A stretch of 41,046 nucleotides of DNA. Source: Candidatus Margulisiibacteriota bacterium. Lineage in GTDB: Bacteria; Margulisbacteria; WOR-1; JAHJIW01. Positions 34,816 to 41,046 of this stretch are shown piece by piece; the first letter of the stretch is position 1; each line of letters starts with the position of its first letter. The notes under the pieces were generated by a model, which was not told the origin of the DNA, searched no databases, and was given only the letters and a program-made list of their open reading frames with translations. The translations under genes and the position numbers were made by a program. The stretch is from the NCBI GenBank assembly GCA_041645285.1, contig JBAZQH010000002.1, forward strand, positions 1 to 41,046, in the 5' to 3' direction.

Positions 34816-37800
34816 TTAAGATCGAACTACATCCGGGATACTTCTTAAATAATCAATCAAAGCGACGTCAACACCATAAAGATTACCCGCATCAGGTAAA
34901 TCAAAGTAAGCATCTGAATAGCGCCCATTTGGTCGTGCTAAAATTTCAGCCTCCCGATCTCTAAGTAAATTCACTAAAGCGGCTTGGACTGAAGCTGCCG
35001 TTAAGTTGCCCTCGTCATCAGCTGGCATATATCCTTTATCGAATAATAATCTGGCCAGCCCATTAAGCACCAATCCATGTTCTTCTAAATTGGCAAAGCT
35101 TACCTGACGATCTCCGCCCAGCACTGCGCGGCTTTCCGCAATATCATCTAAAGTAAGAATTGAAGCAAAATCACTCGCCGTCATTCCTTGCCTAAGCGCT
35201 TGCATGGCCGGGGCAAAATGGCGGTTATTTCTTCTTATTTCCCCTCTATCATTTGAAAAGCCAGCGCTAATATCAGCTGCTTTGGGCACATAGATTCCAG
35301 CACGGCTTTCAACAATGATTTCAGCTATGCGGTGAACTGTCACCATCTCGTCAATTACATTCTTAATAAATAATTGCCTGGTCTTCCCGTTTTCTTCAAT
35401 CATCAACATGCCGTGGTCATAGGCCCATGTCATCAAAGCTGCGGATGGGCGATACGCAACTACGGCTGCCGGGTCATCAACATCTAAATTAATCAATTCG
35501 TCCGGCATTTGCATATAATTTCCGCCGGCCTGTTTATAAAGTTTTGCAAATGCCTGCCATTCTTTAAAAATTGCTCGTTGCGCTGGATCCTGAAGCATGG
35601 ATGCTAAAACTTCCTTCAAAGCTTCATTGCCGGCACTGGTCTTAACATCTAGCCCGTTATCAACCATCGCGGCAAATAAGGCCTGGCCAAACATGGTTAA
35701 CAATGCGCCATCAATCACGTCTGCTTGCTGGCGGTCCATTTCTCTTACCGTATCGGCAAACTGTGAACCGCGGGATGTTTTGGTTACCGCCGCTGAGCCA
35801 AAAGTATTGGTCATCCAGTTTAAACTTTGGGCAGTTCGAGCCATTGCTCCAGTTTGTTGGCTGATCCAATTGTCATACATTAATGCACTACGGTCATAAA
35901 CCGAACGATCATACGCATCCAGGGCTAAATGATTAACTCCTTCGGCTCCAAGGCCGGTAATAAAGTTAACAAAAGCAAAAGCACCTAACGCCCTGCCTGC
36001 GTACGCCAACCTGCCCTTCGGCAACAGGTTAAGTCCCCAGTTTTTCTGAGCCAAATTTGCCCCGAGCTTATACAAATCAGGTACAAAGAACGCTGCCAAA
36101 CCGCCCGCCGCATGAATAGAACTTCCTTTTTCAATACCTAAAACGTCGGCGGCAATATTCCAGCCTGCTACCGCCGCGGTACCCGGACCAAGCATTTCAG
36201 CCAAATTCAACATTTGTGTCCAAGATTTCAATTTGGTTAAATCTTTCAATGCTTTAGCAATTTCGGCTCTTTCGCCAATTACAATTGCCTCAGTTAATCC
36301 TGCCATTGCTTTATTAACCGGATGGAGCGTGACTAAAACCAAACCAAAACTTACGGCAGGGTTAATGTCCGGGCAGGCAAAATGCAATGCTCTTTCAACT
36401 AAAAGCATGCCGCCTAAACCAATTAACATATTTATCGCCCCGGCTCCAGCTCTCAAATTATTCAAACGGATAACTTCGGTTTTTATTTCCACTGCCTTTG
36501 TTTCTGATACACTAAATAATTGTGCAATTTCTGCCGGAGTCATTTTTGAGATACCGCTCGCTAAACGTGCTTCAATTGCAGCTAGCCTTTCCGGAGTTAA
36601 GCTGCGGAGTTGCATCTCAACCACATCAGCAACACCACGCCCATACTTCGAGGTTAAATGCTCCCTTACGGTCATTGCTGCATCGGGAACAACCGCATCC
36701 GTGTCCAAACCAGTTAATCTTTCTGACCTAATTGCTGAACCAGAAGCAGCCTTTCTAGGATCAGGCACATCTCTAACCATTAATGGCCGAGTTTTTGGCC
36801 TTACATCAACTGCCGGTTGGCCGTGATCAACCGAATCCGGATTGCCGGTTACGGTTGCCCAATTAGTCGGCGCTGGGCTGGCTGATTTGGCCGCTTCTCT
36901 CGCACGAGCACTTTCCGCTAACTTTGCATCAACCGCCGCAGTGCCTTCAACCGATGAACCGTCACTAATTAAAACTTCTTGGCGTAATGGTGCGGCTGTG
37001 CGCGGAGCAGTATCCTCTGGCGTCGGACGTGCTTCTACATTAGCCAAAGCGCTGGGAACGGTTGTCGCTTCTTTATTACTTGTTACTGGACGGCTGCGAT
37101 ACTTCCAGAGATGATGTCCGGATAAAACGGTAGCACTAACCGGATCCGCCACAAAACGCGCATCTGCTGGTTGATTAGGATAAAATCTAAATCCGTCCTT
37201 AATTCTAACAAGCTTACCGACAGCATGCCCTGCTGAATCATAAGCAACATGTCCACCCCTAGAAGTTGCTTCCGGACGATAATAAATAGGTTCGGATAGC
37301 CCTTGCACACGAACCTCTCGCCAACTGTTAGCTGTTGCTGCCGGCGCTGCCGCAGGTTTTGGTGCTGGGGCGGGAGTGGATGGCGGCCGTGAAGATGTCC
37401 CGGCCGGCCCAGAACTAGTTGAACCAGAAGGCGCAGCTGGCGTGGTTCCAACGGGACGTCCAACCCGATAACGCGCCCCGCGGGTTGCTTGTTTCCTGAT
37501 TTTTTGCATGCCCATTGGATCGGTTTGCGCGTTCTGGGTAATCGCTTGATATAAGGGAGAAACACCTTCCGGGGGAACGCCATAGCGGGCAAGAAAAGCA
37601 TCAACAATCCTTTGCTGCTGCCATAATCTCAATCGGGCAATTTTCCCTAATTTTCTTCCAGCTTTTTGTGCCGCCTGCTCCCTGGCTTTTAATGCATTAT
37701 ATTTTTGGAAGTCGCGTGCCGCTTTTTCTAGATCGAGTTCCCGCTTATTTTCATGATCAGGTGCTAAATCTGCTACCAAGGCAACTAACTGTTTTCCCGA

Positions 37801-40800
37801 TATTTCAACTGGAACCGGCGTGGCTGCGTTGCCTAAATCAAATCTGTACCCTCGGTCAAGCGCTTCTCCTCTGCCCCACCGCTCCGCCTCCCTTGCCAAT
37901 GAAAAACTGGCCGGAGCCGGCGGCACGGGAACCCACTCCATATTGCGGGTCGCTTCCCTGAATCCCGCAAAACTATCCCACAATTCCTGTATGGTTCCAA
38001 ATTCTCCGGAAAAGTTTCGGGTAGGGTTGTTTGTGTTATATTCCTTGATCGCTCTGGAAAATTCTTCAAGAGTTTGACATTGTGCTAATTTCGCCAGCGT
38101 TTCACCTGAAATCACAAAAGTGCGTTTGGCTTGGGGCATGGACTGGATTGCTTTTCCAACCGGCATTCCTACCTCCAATGCCCGACCCTTTAAAGTCTGT
38201 GATGCTCGCGCAAATTCGGGACGATTATCAAAATAAACGTTGTGGCCTGATTTTTCGGCGTAATGTCCTTCAAGTTGGCTAATCTCTGCCTGAATAACCG
38301 TGCGGCGAGATTTATCGGTAGTATTGCTTAATTCACCATATTTCCTTTCAATTTCTCTCATAACGGACAATAAATATTCCGGTTTGGCTTCGTAGAAATC
38401 ATAACCGGTGCGGCGGGTATATTCTCTTTCCAGCTCCCTTAATTGCACATATTGCTCGGCCTGAACACGGCTTAACCTTTCGACTTCTGGCCCATTTTTA
38501 GTTGCTTCAGCAACCGCAATGTCAGTTTCGCGTGCTACGATTTCTTCCAGTAAAACAGGAATTCTCTTCTCTAACGCACGGGCCTCTGCTCCTCCTCTAA
38601 CTGCGGTAACGCTGAATTCAGCAGCTGGATCCAATTGCGCGCGCAATAAAACCAAATCCTGCAAAGTTGGCTGTAGCCCCAAATAATTCGTCAGCCCGGC
38701 AGCTTTTCGTTCTATTTCAGCAGAGACAGCATTCGCATCACCCGTAACCGTTCCCGCAGTTGAGCTAGTTGCCGGCGTCGAACCTTTACTTAAAGCTTCC
38801 CGCACTCCCTCCAATCCATTTGCCACAACGGCATCCATCCACCTCCCCACCCCGTCGCCAACCACCCGCCATCCCGCTTCTGCGGCATAATCGTATCCTC
38901 TTCCCGGCAGTTCTCCGGCTCGCCCTGGTAAATTAACGGCGTCCACGCCGCGGTTATAAATGCGATCCAACCGCCCTTCCGCAGTTTCCGGAACATCCGG
39001 CAATACTTCGCCGCGGCTTGCCAACGGTTCAATTTCTAATGCAAGACCACTGCCTCTTCTTTCCTGAGCCGCCATCCGGCTCTCGACAATCGACTCATAA
39101 ATACGCGGGGCCTCCAAAATTAATCCGCCATGTGAATAGTAACCGATTTTAATACCTGTTCCCATGTGCTCCTTCGGAACACCACCTACTCTTTTTACTC
39201 CACCCCTCCCACGCAAGCCCTCCCTGACAACGGTAACATCTCGGTACCTACCAAGTCTCTTCCCCTGGTTAATTCCTAGTTTTCTCCACAATGTCTTATC
39301 CACCCAAACCGCCCCGTTCTTAATTCGGACTGCGCCGCTATCTTTGGCATGCGCCATTAGTTGCGGCATACTCTTGAAACTTTGTACAACAAACTTCATG
39401 ATTACCGCCAGTTTGGCAATACCTTCTTTATAGCGCCCCTGTTTGAAGTCCTCAAATATTGAATCAATAAACACAAAACCAAAGGTTTCAAAAACCAAAA
39501 ACGAACCGCCGGTCTTGCCTAACCCAGAGAAAAACCGTTCCAGCCCCTCATAATATTTACCTTGGGCAAATAAAGCAGGCGCGGTGGTCCACATGTCCAC
39601 AAAGCCGGTTTTAATTGAGGTTCCCATCAATATCTTAAATTGGGAATAGGCCTGTACATAAGATTTTGCGCCCTTCCACACGAAGTCGCCTGATTCCACC
39701 AAACCAACCCACAGGTAATCAGTAAATGATTCACAATTGGCCCAAGTTTCTTCCCAGGATTCGCCCATGTCCGTCCAAACGTCATCAATCGTTTCAAATG
39801 TATCTCCCCAGTATCCGTTAACATAAGGCAAATATTTCAACAACGGCATTTCTTTTGCTTCAGAAGCAACCGCATAGTCAGCCGGATTATGTTCCGTATC
39901 CAATCGAACCGAAGCAATGAGGTGCGGCGCTTTTTCGCTGCCGGTGGCAATGCGCATGGTATCCGCAGGGTTAAAATAGGTAATCGGCATATCTTCCGAG
40001 CTATAAATCCCGGCGGCACGGTTTTTTTCACCAACAATCGCCAAAACATCTTCTAAAACCTGCGCTAAATACACCAATTCGTCCCCAATATCACCAGCGC
40101 TGCCGTCATACATCTTCTCCTGGCTAATTGAATCATAAAGCGGCACGCGCAATTTTTCATTTTCTGCAAGCTCATATAAAACCTGCAAATATTCATCCGC
40201 GGATAGCGTTCCATTAATCAATCCAGCAATATCGGTCTTGAATTTTCCTATTTCGGCCAGGTGCAAAAGGCGCTGTTTTAAAAAAGGATTTTCCTTGATC
40301 GCGGGCAGCAATTCGGTTTCAAGATACTGCGCAAACGCCTCAATATCTTTGCCAACCACCACGTCCATAACATCCGGATCATCGGGTTGGCGCGCAGCCT
40401 GGACGCTAATTTTACGGTCAAGATATTTTTGCCCCGCGGTGGAGCCAACCATAATTGAATGCAGCTGCGAAGCATAATTTTGCGGCATGTACATATCGGA
40501 AATCATCGCTACCCAAGACGCAGCCGAATACCAGGCACTCAAAAACGGATTATTAACAAAACTCTCAACTTCCGGAAGATTATCCGGCCCAATTTCAATT
40601 TCGCCCAAGCCCAAAATCTTTGTGCCAATGGCAGTTAAATCGCGCGCGGAATGAAATATCCCCTCCATCCTCCCCCCGCGGCCAAAAAGTAAATTGGGCC
40701 CGGCAACAAACACGTTAAAATGCAGCTGGCGGGGAATTTCCTCGAAAACCTTGGATAGCGCTGCCTTAGCTAACGTAGCGGATTCGCTTTCGCCGGGAGC

Positions 40801-41034
40801 CACCAGAGAAGACATCATCGATATGGTGCCTCCTTGGCTAAAATAATCTTCTAAAACCCGTAGGGCGGTTTTTTCAACCGCGTGTCCTTCGCCATCATAA
40901 ATTACACCCACTGGGGTGCCAGAAAGGGACTTAAAAAACCGCATCAGCCCACCGCAAACCGACTTATTACTTAAAGTCGGCAATCTTTCTATCATCCGGT
41001 CATAGCTTTCTTTATCAAAAACGTCGCTCATCAA
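34816..41034 (-). CDS. Giant hypothetical protein (at least 2071 aa); N-terminus uncertain because the frame is still open at the window edge
   Basis: A single uninterrupted 6.2-kb ORF whose only competitors are short shadow ORFs on other frames or strands. I recognise no catalytic motif and no signal peptide. It has a central coiled-coil-like region, a Pro/Ser/Thr/Ala linker, and several hydrophobic Gly-rich segments in the C-terminal third. Confidence 0.75.
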   Translation of the reverse strand: MMSDVFDKESYDRMIERLPTLSNKSVCGGLMRFFKSLSGTPVGVIYDGEGHAVEKTALRVLEDYFSQGGTISMMSSLVAPGESESATLAKAALSKVFEEIPRQLHFNVFVAGPNLLFGRGGRMEGIFHSARDLTAIGTKILGLGEIEIGPDNLPEVESFVNNPFLSAWYSAASWVAMISDMYMPQNYASQLHSIMVGSTAGQKYLDRKISVQAARQPDDPDVMDVVVGKDIEAFAQYLETELLPAIKENPFLKQRLLHLAEIGKFKTDIAGLINGTLSADEYLQVLYELAENEKLRVPLYDSISQEKMYDGSAGDIGDELVYLAQVLEDVLAIVGEKNRAAGIYSSEDMPITYFNPADTMRIATGSEKAPHLIASVRLDTEHNPADYAVASEAKEMPLLKYLPYVNGYWGDTFETIDDVWTDMGESWEETWANCESFTDYLWVGLVESGDFVWKGAKSYVQAYSQFKILMGTSIKTGFVDMWTTAPALFAQGKYYEGLERFFSGLGKTGGSFLVFETFGFVFIDSIFEDFKQGRYKEGIAKLAVIMKFVVQSFKSMPQLMAHAKDSGAVRIKNGAVWVDKTLWRKLGINQGKRLGRYRDVTVVREGLRGRGGVKRVGGVPKEHMGTGIKIGYYSHGGLILEAPRIYESIVESRMAAQERRGSGLALEIEPLASRGEVLPDVPETAEGRLDRIYNRGVDAVNLPGRAGELPGRGYDYAAEAGWRVVGDGVGRWMDAVVANGLEGVREALSKGSTPATSSTAGTVTGDANAVSAEIERKAAGLTNYLGLQPTLQDLVLLRAQLDPAAEFSVTAVRGGAEARALEKRIPVLLEEIVARETDIAVAEATKNGPEVERLSRVQAEQYVQLRELEREYTRRTGYDFYEAKPEYLLSVMREIERKYGELSNTTDKSRRTVIQAEISQLEGHYAEKSGHNVYFDNRPEFARASQTLKGRALEVGMPVGKAIQSMPQAKRTFVISGETLAKLAQCQTLEEFSRAIKEYNTNNPTRNFSGEFGTIQELWDSFAGFREATRNMEWVPVPPAPASFSLAREAERWGRGEALDRGYRFDLGNAATPVPVEISGKQLVALVADLAPDHENKRELDLEKAARDFQKYNALKAREQAAQKAGRKLGKIARLRLWQQQRIVDAFLARYGVPPEGVSPLYQAITQNAQTDPMGMQKIRKQATRGARYRVGRPVGTTPAAPSGSTSSGPAGTSSRPPSTPAPAPKPAAAPAATANSWREVRVQGLSEPIYYRPEATSRGGHVAYDSAGHAVGKLVRIKDGFRFYPNQPADARFVADPVSATVLSGHHLWKYRSRPVTSNKEATTVPSALANVEARPTPEDTAPRTAAPLRQEVLISDGSSVEGTAAVDAKLAESARAREAAKSASPAPTNWATVTGNPDSVDHGQPAVDVRPKTRPLMVRDVPDPRKAASGSAIRSERLTGLDTDAVVPDAAMTVREHLTSKYGRGVADVVEMQLRSLTPERLAAIEARLASGISKMTPAEIAQLFSVSETKAVEIKTEVIRLNNLRAGAGAINMLIGLGGMLLVERALHFACPDINPAVSFGLVLVTLHPVNKAMAGLTEAIVIGERAEIAKALKDLTKLKSWTQMLNLAEMLGPGTAAVAGWNIAADVLGIEKGSSIHAAGGLAAFFVPDLYKLGANLAQKNWGLNLLPKGRLAYAGRALGAFAFVNFITGLGAEGVNHLALDAYDRSVYDRSALMYDNWISQQTGAMARTAQSLNWMTNTFGSAAVTKTSRGSQFADTVREMDRQQADVIDGALLTMFGQALFAAMVDNGLDVKTSAGNEALKEVLASMLQDPAQRAIFKEWQAFAKLYKQAGGNYMQMPDELINLDVDDPAAVVAYRPSAALMTWAYDHGMLMIEENGKTRQLFIKNVIDEMVTVHRIAEIIVESRAGIYVPKAADISAGFSNDRGEIRRNNRHFAPAMQALRQGMTASDFASILTLDDIAESRAVLGGDRQVSFANLEEHGLVLNGLARLLFDKGYMPADDEGNLTAASVQAALVNLLRDREAEILARPNGRYSDAYFDLPDAGNLYGVDVALIDYLRSIPDVVRS

Positions 41035-41046
41035 ACGGCTTTTTAG

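Noticed and set aside
33520-41034. The idea that the AAA ATPase and the giant gene form a compositionally distinct, horizontally acquired island
   Set aside because: Hand counts of a few 60-nt lines gave anything from about 27% to about 52% GC within the giant gene. I cannot compute windowed GC or codon usage reliably here, so I make no claim.
1-41046. Searched for CRISPR arrays, tRNA or rRNA genes, transposases, integrases, reverse transcriptase or DGR elements, and toxin-antitoxin pairs
   Set aside because: No regularly spaced repeats and no cloverleaf-like sequences were seen in the intergenic spacers, all of which are shorter than 520 bp. No translated ORF shows transposase, integrase or RT motifs.

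Overview
This is about 41 kb of densely coded bacterial chromosome with roughly 37 genes on both strands. I found no rRNA, tRNA, CRISPR array, transposase or integrase.

Most genes are recognisable housekeeping genes:
- rsmA (3' fragment), mdh, and class I fumarate hydratase alpha and beta subunits
- ruvA and ruvC
- rnfC-rnfD-rnfG
- trpC-trpF
- rsmH-ftsL
- gltX
- a SpeD-like gene followed by speB
- pcm and aroE
- a minimal GspE/PilB-like ATPase
- plsC
- clpC-radA

Outer-membrane beta-barrels together with SLH domains suggest a diderm, probably uncultivated, lineage. I cannot assign taxonomy from the sequence alone.

Four regions are worth a second look:
1. **13.4-25.1 kb, a candidate new surface-anchoring or secretion module.** It holds three paralogous FadL/PorV-like beta-barrels. 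One is fused to a tandem S49 SppA peptidase, one stands alone, and one carries three C-terminal SLH domains. They sit beside a 1099-aa cadherin-like adhesin with a T9SS-CTD/FlgD-Ig-like tail.
2. **34.8-41.0 kb, a giant ORFan.** It encodes more than 2070 aa and has no signal peptide. Its hydrophobic, Gly-rich C-terminal third looks membrane-inserting. The frame is still open at the window edge.
3. **33.5-34.8 kb, a DUF4143-type AAA ATPase gene bracketed by imperfect direct repeats.** The repeats derive from the giant gene's terminator.
4. **8.5-10.6 kb, four consecutive uncharacterised genes.** Two of them appear co-transcribed with trpCF.

At window scale, many genes have an extended -10 box (TGnTAWAAT) only 6-10 nt from the ATG and no Shine-Dalgarno sequence, which suggests frequent leaderless mRNAs. 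Several canonical operons are truncated (rnfCDG without EAB, trpCF alone, rsmH-ftsL alone).

All family assignments are by-eye motif recognition from the supplied translations. No database search was run.
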